A stretch of 26,230 nucleotides of DNA from Ginkgo biloba (lineage: Eukaryota > Plantae > Ginkgophyta). Below are positions 12,464 to 22,144 of this stretch, piece after piece (position 1 is the first letter of the stretch; the number at the start of each line of letters is the position of its first letter). A program made the position numbers and the translations under genes. Where the stretch lies: contig JANKJI020000002.1 of the NCBI GenBank assembly GCA_024626585.2, positions 237,635,477 through 237,661,706 on the forward strand, read 5' to 3'. A model generated the notes under the pieces. The model ran no database searches and was not told where the DNA came from. It saw only the letters and a list, made by a program, of their open reading frames with translations.

Positions 12464-13360
12464 TTTCATAGTGCCTAAGGAAAGTGTGTGGGGAATTTTC
12501 CCAATGCCCTTTACACCATTAGCTAAACGTCCCTTAGGATGTTTTCTCAACATACACTACCAAAAACACATAGGAAAATCTAAACACACAAATTCCACTT
12601 TATTTTAATTATAAATTTCTTTTCCATTACATATTCCCCTGAATGGGGTGAAATTACACAAATTAGAAAATCGCTTCACCCCAAAATGGGTCAATTTATA
12701 GAGTTACAACAACCCCTCTCTGGCTTGAAGGGAAAACATAAAAAGAAACACCAACATATTAACCAATCCTTTCTCCCTATTCATCTGACCACAGATCTAC
12801 TTGTTCCACTTTCTCTCATTATTAACGCTTGTGTGAGAATTCCAACCTATTCTCACTATCTTTTACTCATTTTCTACAAAAAACTTTCATGACCCTCTTT
12901 TCTTCCCATTTGGTTCCCTCACAACCTCTTCTTTCTCCTTCCTCTTGTTACACAAATGCACCTAATCAAATCTGTTCTCTACTCTCTATGTCTCAAGATA
13001 CTTTCCTTCCTTTGGATTCCTACTTGTCACTAATTTGGTCACATCAAATAACCCTTCCTTCTCTTGTTCAATGACCCTCTCTCTCTCTTGTTGTGTTTCA
13101 AGTTGCATCTCTCTATTGTCCTCTTCCTTTACTTCTCATTGTCATCCTCTTCCCTCTTGAATTCTCTCANNNNNNNNNNNNNNNNNNNNNNNNNNNNNGA
13201 CCTTTCTCCATTGACTCCTTGAACTCTCTGGATGGCCATGTGCACCCTTTCTTCCACCTATCTCCATCCTCTTTAAAATTGGCTAGTGAAGACAACAATG
13301 TGGGTTAATGGAATCCATGGTGTAGAATAAATTCATCTGCATGGTCCATTGAATTCATCA
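12464..13360 (-). repeat. 3' LTR
   Basis: Aligns along its length to 15683-16627 (tagtgcc..gaaa.tgtgtgg; ggtgaagacaac-like; aataaattc.tct.catgg); ends gaattcatca. Confidence 0.8.
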
Positions 13361-14085
13361 CCGTCTATATGCTTATTCTCAAGCCTACTCATATCAAATT
13401 TCTCCTTCTCATGATGCCTTCTCAAGCAACCATAACTCCCTACAAAATTGTTAGAACAAATAATTATTTTCCATAGTTCTTCAAGTCTTCATTCCTCTTT
13501 ACCCCATTAGGTTGATTCTTATCACATTCATAAAAATACACCCNNNNNNNNNNNNNNNNNNNNNNNNNNNNNNNNNNNNNNNNNNNNNNNNNNNNNNNNN
13601 NNNNNNNNNNNNNNNNNNNNNNNNNNNNNNNNNNNNNNNNNNNNNNNNNNNNNNNNNNNNNNNNNNNNNNNNNNNNNNNNNNNNNNNNNNNNNNNNNNNN
13701 NNNNNNNNNNNNNNNNNNNNNNNNNNNNNNNNNNNNNNNNNNNNNNNNNNNNNNNNNNNNNNNNNNNNNNNNNNNNNNNNNNNNNNNNNNNNNNNNNNNN
13801 NNNNNNNNNNNNNNNNNNNNNNNNNNNNNNNNNNNNNNNNNNNNNNNNNNNNNNNNNNNNNNNNNNNNNNNNNNNNNNNNNNNNNNNNNNNNNNNNNNNN
13901 NNNNNNNNNNNNNNNNNNNNNNNNNNNNNNNNNNNNNNNNNNNNNNNNNNNNNNNNNNNNNNNNNNNNNNNNNNNNNNNNNNNNNNNNNNNNNNNNNNNN
14001 NNNNNNNNNNNNNNNNNNNNNNNNNNNNNNNNNNNNNNNNNNNNNNNNNNNNNNNNNNNNNNNNNNNNNNNNNNNNNNNNNNNNN

Positions 14086-15648
14086 GCTTCATATAATACA
14101 AGTTCAACTTCTGGACCATCTCTATAGAATCCATATTTTTACAGCTTCCGTTATCTATTATTACCTTGCATCCTTTACCTCTAGCTGTGTGCCTCATTTT
14201 AAAAATACACTTTCTCTTCTCCAACTCATTTGTCTCCTTTAGACCGTTTGTCAAATTATTTATAGGTCATTTACTCAACTCCTATCATTTGTTCTTCCAA
14301 CCTCCTTTAGACCATTCATCAAACTTAGGCTATTTGCTCAACTCCCTTCGACCATTTGTTCAAATCCCTTTGGATTGTTCATCCAACTTCTTTTGACCAT
14401 ATGTCCAGCCCTATTTGGACCACTTTTCCAATTTCCTTAGACCATTTGTCCACCTCCTTTGGTTGTTTTCCAACTTCCTTTGGTTGTTTGTCCAACCTTC
14501 TATTCTAGGTTCCAAAAATGTCCTTCTTACCAATATACTTTTCACTTCTTCTAGAGTTGTACCTACACTTGCTTCACTCTAGGCTCTTCCATTCTTGGCT
14601 ACTCTTCATTCCGCATAGGATACTCAAAATATCCATGTCCGTCTTCTCTTCATCTAAAATATGTGATCATCCTCTGTTGTCCATTCTAGTCTCTTCTATA
14701 ATCTCTTCCTCCCTGAAAGTTCTAGTATCTACCATTCATTTCTCTTCCTCACTGGATGGTACCTTTCTTCTCATTCTTTTTCACAAAATTAGTCCTTTCA
14801 ATATAAGAAATCCTTTCACCTCTACTATTTGGTGTTCCACTCAGACTCCGTTGCATGTCTGATATGCCTCATCTCATAGGTTGTCTCCTATTTGTATTTC
14901 TTGCTAGCTTCTCCTACACCTTTAGCGCTAGCTAGTAAGCCTCCTCAACTAACATCATTTTATACAAACATAACTCATCTTACATCAAATACTTCAATCC
15001 ATTTATATAACTTGCAATCATCTTCTCCTCACCCTCCTCGTGCTATATCCTTATGGATAATTTGCAAAACTCCTCTGTCTACTCTTGTATACTCTGCTCC
15101 TTCTGTCTTAAGTTTTGGAATTGTCTAAACAAAGTCTATCCATAGTTAATAGGCAAAAACTTCCCCTTGATCTTAGCCACCATCTTCTTCCATATTCAAA
15201 TCTTGTCTTTTTCTTTCCTTACTCTCTCCTTCTGCAATTACTCCCACCATATTATTGCATACACTTTTAACCTCATATAAGCGAACTTTACCCTCTTAGG
15301 GTCTTTAATTTATTTCCACTAGGAATACTTCTCTAGGTCATTAATCTAGTCAATAAGATCCCCTAGCTTCAAGCTACCTCCACATTTTGGAACCTCCATT
15401 TTTATGTGACCTTGATTATTCTTTAGTATTCTAATAATAATTCTTCCACATCATCTAGAGTTCATTCTTCTCTCTCTTCTTCTTCTTTTCATTATGACTC
15501 ATGGTCTCTTTCATGCCTACATATCTAATTCTCATTTTTTAGCTCCTCAATCCTCCTCAATTCTTTAATCTCTTTATTAGCCATGACCAATCCTCCTGTA
15601 GAAACTCTTCTTGTTATTTTATCATTCTCTTTCTCCTACTATAACCAT
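14086..15648 (-). pseudogene. Gag - zinc knuckle - 7-aa repeat linker - aspartic protease (decayed)
   Basis: KRVKFAYMRLKVYAIIWWE*LQKER..WKKMVAKIKGKFLPINY..FQNLRQKEQSIQE*TEEFCKL; knuckle TYFR*REDGHGYFEYP (Cys codons mutated); KCIFKMRHTARGKGCKVIIDNGSCKNMDSIEMVQKLNL. Confidence 0.85.
14225..14500. repeat. Degenerate ~21-bp minisatellite inside the gag-protease linker
   Basis: Recurring (a)gaccatttgtcca / ccaacttcctttggttgttt units; minus strand gives LDKQPKEVGKQPKEVDKWSKEIG..LDIWSKEVG..LNKWSKGVE. Confidence 0.7.
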
Positions 15649-15666
15649 TGTCTACCCAATCCCTTT

Positions 15667-15677
15667 CTCTAATACCA
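15667..15677 (-). promoter_or_regulatory. Primer-binding site, tRNA-iMet type
   Basis: Minus strand reads TGGTATTAGAG versus canonical TGGTATCAGAG (one C>T), next to the LTR end. Confidence 0.8.
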
Positions 15678-15682
15678 ACAAA

Positions 15683-16627
15683 TGATGTAGTGCCCAGGGA
15701 AAATGTGTGGAGCATTTTCCCAACACCCTTTACACCATTTGCTCAACGTCCCTTAGGATTTTTTCTCAACATATACTACTAGCACCATATAGAAAAATCT
15801 AAACACATAAATTCCACTTTCTTTTAATTACAAACTTCTTTACGTATTCCCCTAAATTGGGTCAAATTACACAAATTACAAAGTCACATCACCCCAATTA
15901 GGGTTGATTTATAAATTCATAATAACCCCTCTCTAGTTTAGAGGGAAAATATAAAAACAAACACCAAAAAAATGACCAATCCTATCTCCTCATTCTCCCA
16001 ATTAGTTCTCTATACTTATTCGTTTGACCATAAACTTGCTTGCTCCCCTTTCTCTCATTCTTAACACTTGCTAAAGAACTCCAACCCCTACTCTCTATCT
16101 TCTTCTTGTTTTATGAGGACCTCTCACTCACAAAAAATTATTAAAACCCTTTTTTCTCCTTATTTGGTTCCCTCATGGCCTCTTCTTTATCCTTCCTCTT
16201 ACTACATGGCTATACACAGTCAACTTTGTCCTTTTCTCTCTATATATTAGGCTGGTTTCCTTCTTAACTTTCATTGATTTGGTCATATTAAATGACCCTT
16301 CCTTCTCTAGTTTATTGATCCCATCTGTCTCTTACTTCATCTTAGGATGCCTCTCTCTATTGGCCCCTTCATCTTCTTCTCATTGCCATCCTCTTCTCTC
16401 CTAAATTCCCTCACTCACTTTGTCACCCGTAAAAAATACAAAATGATCACCAACCTTGCTCCACTGACTTACTTCAAATTATTTGGATAGAGGCATGCTC
16501 CATTTCTTCCACCTACCTCCATCGTCTTCAAAATCAATTGGTGAAGACAACATTATTTCTTAATGGCGTCCTTGGTATGGAATAAATTCCTCTACATGGG
16601 CCACTCACCTCCTCATTAATTTCATCA
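15683..16627 (-). repeat. 5' LTR (TGATG...CATCA)
   Basis: Starts tgatgtagtgccc 5 bp beyond the PBS complement; ends aatttcatca. Confidence 0.85.
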
Positions 16628-17975
16628 AACTTTAAAATTTAATACTTCACTGACTTTAGTTACTCTCTCTATGGAATTTCCCATTCATCAAACATCCTAA
16701 TTCATTTATTCGATTGTTATCCATTCATTGATCCCTTAGCCTATTCATTGAGTTGTTCGTTGGATGTCATAGCTCATTTGATGAACGATCTATTTTGTTC
16801 ATCAGGCCATTTGTCATTCACTCACTCCTTAACCTGTTCGATACCCTCATTTTCATGTTTGATGAATGTCCCTCTTTGATGCTATATATTCTTGCATTCA
16901 TCTATTCTTTGTCATGTCCGTTGAGCCTATTGCCCATTTACCAAAATCCCTTAGGTTGTTCACTAAATAGCTTATTCGTTCATCCAAATCCTATCTTCCA
17001 TTAGAGTAGTCTAAGGGACCTTAACAATCAGATATTACTATATGACCAATAAGCAAAATATGCTCAACATCTATAACATTGTCTACAAAGTGAAAGAGAG
17101 TTACGATTGAGATATAAATAATGGCAAATCAAGATAAAGAACCAAATTGGCATCTAGAGGATGAAGGAGCTACACTTAGTTGTTCCCTTGTGATTACTAA
17201 ACCCATCAAGTGGGAGCATTCTAAATGGATCCCAATATGAATTAAGAAGAGCAATTGGACTAACCCATTATGAATGGAATTACTATATTGCAAGAACATT
17301 CTATGTTGGTAATGGCACCTCTATTTTCCCTATCTGAGCATCAAGACTTTCTTAATTATTAAGACTTTTGTATGTTTTTATGCATAGAAGGTATTTTTAA
17401 TAGATTTCCTTTTTTCTTTTCTTTTTTTAATTTCCCAAAAGAACCTCAAGGATTATGTATTGTCTTGCCTTTCAATTTAATACAATTAGTTAGAACATTG
17501 CAACAATAAAACAAAAAGTTTCATTCCCTAACATTGCATTACTATTATCGATTCATTGCGTAACTTAAAAGGAGGACTAAGCATATTTGGAATATAAGCT
17601 AACAACTATATTTGGGCTTTTAATTTTTTTTTATTTGCATATATAGGATTTGTTTCATTAAGAAAGATAGACTTTCCAAAAGCAAAGAGTCGAGCAAAAC
17701 AAAATTGTTTTATTTTATGTTAACTTATAATTGTTATCCAAAGTTGATTAATACAATGGAAGTCTAGCATAGGAGCTTAAGCCTCGTGAGTTTGTCACAA
17801 TGTGGATGTGGATTCACAAAGAAGTAATGTTTATGCATTCAGTCCTTAGAAACCAAACAACCATTGACTATCACGAGGTCATAACCGATCATTTGAAACG
17901 ATTAAATCATTTGAAATCCATCAAATTCTGTGCAAGCTCTGAAAGTATTGGCAGTGGCTCACATCCAGCAAATTC

Positions 17976-18330
17976 ATGGAGATCAAGATGGGAGTTCAGC
18001 CAAGAATACTATTGCCAGTGGCAGTGTTGGCAATTGCAAGTATTTTATGCTTGCCCTGCATTGAAGCCAAACCGTCTGAAAAACACTGTCGTAAAGTCAT
18101 AATAAATTTGGACCCATGTATGTCTTTTGTCAAGGAAAACTCTAACGAAGTCAAGCCATCCGATCAGTGTTGTTCGTATTTCAGAAGAGTTGCCAAAAAT
18201 GAAAAGGAAAATGAATGCATATGTGATTTATCACAAAATAAAACTCTCGACTCAACGCGGGTGTATCAAGTTTTACCGTCTGAGTGTAAAGCCAAAAATT
18301 TCAATCCTATGGAGGTTTGCTCCGATTTGG
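17976..18330 (+). CDS. GPI-anchored non-specific lipid transfer protein (LTPG-type), exon 1: signal peptide + 8-cysteine motif
   Basis: Hydrophobic signal peptide (cleavage near CIEA|KP); C38-X9-C48-X16-CC-X14-CIC-X20-C104-X10-C115; LDPC, PSDQCC and LPSEC motifs; phase-1 donor G|GTAAGT at 18331. Alternative start at 17988 (aagATGG). Confidence 0.92.
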
Positions 18331-18452
18331 GTAAGTATCTATTGCTCTCGAAGGGCCATATAAATATTTTTGGTAGATATATTTCTATGTTTCTGATATC
18401 GATTGATTATGTCGATTTGTGTTAAATACATTTTGCTGTGCTTTGTGGGTAG

Positions 18453-18604
18453 GTTCGTATTTGCCCGCCACACCATCTGCGCACACGGTTCATACTCATA
18501 GGGATAACCGTGCCTCGGTGCTTGGAGGACAGGGTAATGCCGTCTATGTCTCGGTGGCAGTTTTAATGGTGTTGTTTAGGCCGGTTTTAGCCTTTTGGGT
18601 TTAA
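18453..18604 (+). CDS. LTPG-type protein exon 2: short linker + GPI-signal-like hydrophobic tail
   Basis: T-rich acceptor ...tttgtgggtAG|GT at 18452 (122-nt intron). The spliced frame is open: GSYLPATPSAHTVHTHRDNRASVLGGQGNAVYVSVAVLMVLFRPVLAFWV*. Total 507 nt = 168 aa. Confidence 0.88.
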
Positions 18605-18959
18605 GTGGAAACCAATGTGCAATCAATAATATCGTCTATTTTGTATGTGGTAAAAATTTTAGTGGTTCTTCTCTTTGTTCAAGTCAATATTTTAGCAATG
18701 GGCTCAAGATATGATGATCTATTTTGCAGCTCAAATGTAAATGTCATGGCAGCAGTACAAGATGGTATGTTGCATCTGTCTAAGAGTATCCTCAAACTTT
18801 GGTGTGATCAACTGTTTTCAATATGTTTTTGGTTTGATGTATCCTACCATCATATGATAATACAGTACAGATAAAAAAGACTATTCTTTGGTTCTAACTT
18901 CGTATCTATTACTTTTTTGAATTTATTTCAGCAGCAACCAACAATATATGATACAGAGA

Positions 18960-19170
18960 ATTAAATTGGTCCCACGGATTGCCTGGTCTCCAGAGAACAT
19001 GAATTTATTTCTTTTCATAATAGGTCACTTCTTCATTTCGCACACAAAATCACCTCTCACACACGAATACACGTGTTCGAGGTACGTAAGGGGTAATCCC
19101 TGTGCTTCTCACCTTTTGGGCTAGTCATCTTGACTGAGGTAGGAAGGAGAGGACCAATCTCCTGCTTACA
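18960..19170 (+). mobile_element. Possible CpG-rich truncated LTR end (…GCTTACA)
   Basis: Compositionally distinct CpG-retaining block ending TTACA about where the minus-strand accessory-ORF fragment stops; no PBS follows. Confidence 0.35.
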
Positions 19171-19590
19171 CATACCTTTCTGTAGAGTGTTCTTTAAGGC
19201 ATCATGTAGTTTCTCTTCAACATACTTGGCCCAAAGAAATCTAATACCCTAGTCAACTACCAATTTTATCATTCTGAATCAACCCTTAAGTATATCAGTG
19301 GTTTTGCATAAGTTGTAGAACCAAGTATTAAATATCTTGGCAACTCATCTCCTCATTGGGTTGGTGATTTTGTTGATGATGATTCCTCTAGAGCTCACTA
19401 TGAACCTATCACCGTCGATAAAATCTACCCTAATTTCATTGTCCCCTATTTTTTTTTCTTCTCCCATTACACTTTTAATATCCATCTATGGTTTTGAAGG
19501 AAGCCTTGTCAATATTTCTATTTGATCCATACTAAGCAAAACATAGTCATCAATCCACACTTGCTCGTTATGGTATCTCTCTAATAGGAA
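19171..19590 (-). pseudogene. Second copy of the retroelement accessory-ORF core domain (homologous to 24221-24546)
   Basis: Single frame: FLLERYHNEQVWIDDYVLLSMDQIEILTRLPSKP*MDIKSVMG..IVSSRGIIINKITNPMRR*VAKIFNTWFYN..RFLWAKYVEEKLHDALKN; aligns to FLLERYHNEQV*IDDFVLLNMDQIELLTR..IVSSRG../VAKLFNTWFCN. Confidence 0.85.
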
Positions 19591-19883
19591 TATATTCCAA
19601 CATTTGGCACCATTTTAATTAGAACTAAATTGAAGTTGTAGGTTTGAGAAATTCTCTCTAGACAACAAGGTGTATACTCATATGTGATGAGATTCCTAGG
19701 TGGTGTAAGTTGGGCATTTTTAGTTGCTTGAATTTGCCANNNNNNNNNNNNNNNNNNNNNNNNNNNNNNNNNNNNNNNNNNNNNNNNNNNNNNNNNNNNN
19801 NNNNNNNNNNNNNNNNNNNNNNNNNNNNNNNNNNNNNNNTTGGGAATTGTATCAGAATCCAATCCAAGAATATGTTTCTTCTA

Positions 19884-20216
19884 CCAACATCATTTCCATG
19901 CATTCCCTACTAAAAGGTGGATACCTCCTAACTACAAGTCGTATGAATATTAGAGGAAGTTAGAGTGATCAAATAAGAGCCACATGGCAACGAGTTCTTT
20001 CCCTCTTTCAACACTAATTAAACACAAGATGAAGAATGAAATTTGATATAGGCCAAGGATTAATGATATGTCATTGACCTAGATTGTTCAAAATATGTCA
20101 ATCCAATATCTCTTCACAACAAACATCATTTCCATGCATGCATATCCAACATCATTTTCATGCATGCATTTCCAACATCATTGTTCAAAATATGTCAATC
20201 TAATATCCCTTCACAA
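19884..20216. repeat. Cluster of short direct repeats (37-bp A unit x2 flanking 26-bp B units with CATGCATG)
   Basis: attgttcaaaatatgtcaatc(c/t)aatatc(t/c)cttcacaa at 20083 and 20180; aacatcattt(c/t)catgcat at ~19886, ~20122 and ~20148, partial at ~20174. Confidence 0.8.
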
Positions 20217-20772
20217 TAGACTAACATGGGGACCTCCATAGAATCCCTTTGACATCAAACTTCTATGGGAATTAGTTGAATTCAAAACATTTGACATTGA
20301 ATAATTGCCATTAGAATTATATTATAGATTGGTCAAGGTAATTTTAAATTAGAGTTGAGATATCATGGTGTCAGATTTTCTTAATGGGCACAATGAAAGT
20401 TAAGTTCGGAGTATGTGCTATAGTTTTTATCCTTCCCATATAATAGATTTACTGCAGTAGTCAAAAAGGGCAGTTGGGGTGGCTGATGCACAAAATCTCC
20501 GCTCCTGCCATGTGACTGCACTTTTACCATTTATTACTTTAGGCATTTAAATTTTTACCTTGGCTGAAGAATTTCTTGATGTCTATTGATGTCTATTGCA
20601 AAAGATAGAAAGGAAAAAAGCAGGAGCTCATATTTCAACTTATTCAATGCCTATTCTATTGTATTCAAAACATTCTTCCAACCTTACAATCTCTCTCCAT
20701 TGCAAGTTCTCCTACAATCTCTCTCCATGCCAAATTCTCTCTAACAAAAGTTAGATTCAAAGGTCTCGAAGG

Positions 20773-21212
20773 ATGCTTTCAAACGGATACTTTCAAGGAC
20801 ACCTTCTTCCTTCTCTTCTATTCTTACACAGGAGAGTCGTTCTCCAGATCCATGAATGCTTCCTAAGTTTACCAGTCTCAAAAGATCTAAATGATTATTA
20901 TCATATGGGTTATGTTTGTGCTCTAAAGAAAAGTTGATCGGTGTATTTTCCCCTATCAGAAACATGGGCTCCCTATAAGAAATTGCTTTTCCCACAGGTA
21001 ATGTTCCAAGAGCGATACTATTATTTCATTAGTAGAATAAATTATTTTCCAATGTTTTTGGGTGTTTTCCTAATAAGTATGAATCAATGCAATGTGGTTG
21101 TATGTTTATATAGATATCGGTGGAGGAATGGCGGTCAAGAGGATTTTGTCAATTTCATCTTGATTTGCTTCTGCTGCATTGCATTTTTATTTTGGCATTT
21201 TTGTTTTTCTAA
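20773..21212 (+). pseudogene. Possible spliced, disrupted gene fragment of unknown family (putative intron 20998-21113)
   Basis: Frame open from 20773 except TGA at 20935; CAG|GTAATG donor, 116-nt AT-rich intron, TATAG|AT acceptor; joins ..ETWAPYKKLLFPQ|ISVEEWRSRG.. in frame. Confidence 0.3.
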
Positions 21213-21484
21213 ATGTTGTGAATTAATTCTAATTTTCTGCTGTGTTTTCTGATTTTCTTTTANNNNNNNNNNNNNNNNNNNNNNNNNNNNNNNNNNNNNN
21301 NNNNNNNNNNNNNNNNNNNNNNNNNNNNNNNNNNNNNNNNNNNNNNNNNNNNNNNNNNNNNNTTGCTTTAGGAGGATGCCCTAGAGGGGCGTTTCATATG
21401 CAAGAAGATTAGAAGGGCTTTCCTTCTAGAAGTGCCCTCAAGGTTCTTACTAGGTGTATGCTCTACACTTTATTTGTAGCTTGT

Positions 21485-22064
21485 TGTTAAGCATTTTCTT
21501 CTTAACAGTTTGAGGTGAGCATCTTCCCTGAGTTACGTTAGCGTCCTATAGGATTAGCATCCAAACCATCTCTACTACAGAAATACGAGTTCACGTCATG
21601 CATTCATCTACTCATTCACAAGTAACACCCATTCATAGATGATTGAGGAAAACCAATTGCATCNNNNNNNNNNNNNNNNNNNNTTACATGCCAAATTTAA
21701 GACACATTACAATAAGCACAACAAATCATGGATCTGTTGATTACTAATGATGACATAAAAGTACATGGTACAACTTAGAATCTCCTTTACAGACTGCATT
21801 CAGACTCAGAATTATACATGCCTCCAACAGTTATGATAACCGTCAAAGACAATTACAATGCACAAAGAGTTTGATCTTAAGACTGTCAATGGGTTGATGT
21901 CGGTAGAGGGTAGATCCATCAGTTGTTAGTAGAGGGATCTATTGTCGACATCCAGATCTGTCAGTCATCGCAACAACTTCCTTCGATTGTCGCAACAACT
22001 TCTGTTGGTCTTTTAGAAACAAGTTCTGTTGTTGTTGGGCTTCAGCTTTCCTCCTTGTCCAACA
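21485..22064 (-). repeat. 3' LTR (~580 bp, TGTT...AACA), copia-like
   Basis: Minus strand begins TGTTGG immediately after the PPT and ends TTAACA at 21485 (left end could be 21482); small inverted repeat TGTTAAG..CTTAACA at 21485-21507. Confidence 0.7.
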
Positions 22065-22077
22065 CTCCCCCACACCT
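22065..22077 (-). promoter_or_regulatory. Polypurine tract
   Basis: Minus strand AGGTGTGGGGGAG directly followed by TGTTG, the classic GGGGGAG|TG arrangement. Confidence 0.8.
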
Positions 22078-22144
22078 AAAATCTTATCTCATCCTGAGAT
22101 AAGGTCAGACTTCAAAATTGAGGAAAAACTAGATCTTACGACTT

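Larger units (their letters stand above)
12464..16627 (-). mobile_element. Ty3/gypsy LTR retrotransposon, CRM/chromovirus-like, gag + protease only (TR-GAG-like non-autonomous)
   Basis: Two homologous ~0.9-kb LTRs (12464-13360, 15683-16627) ending CATCA, the right one starting TGATG; tRNA-iMet PBS; gag, zinc knuckle and CRM-type protease on the minus strand. No convincing TSD. Confidence 0.85.

Noticed and set aside
14518-15128. Leu/Ser/Phe-rich + strand ORFs resembling membrane proteins (also 22488-23145, 25502-25753)
   Set aside because: Antisense shadows of purine-rich minus-strand retroelement ORFs.
12455-16635. Target-site duplication for the CRM-like element
   Set aside because: Flanks (tttta versus aactt) do not match; the termini are too degraded to call.
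17700-17975. LTPG core promoter / TATA box
   Set aside because: No convincing TATA box at a sensible distance; the transcription start is unknown.
17800-18363. Overlapping ORFs 17800-18102 and 18127-18363
   Set aside because: Alternative frames of the LTPG exon with no recognisable motifs.
18605-18874. 89-aa ORF directly after the LTPG stop
   Set aside because: GTG start, T-rich 3' UTR composition, no family motif.
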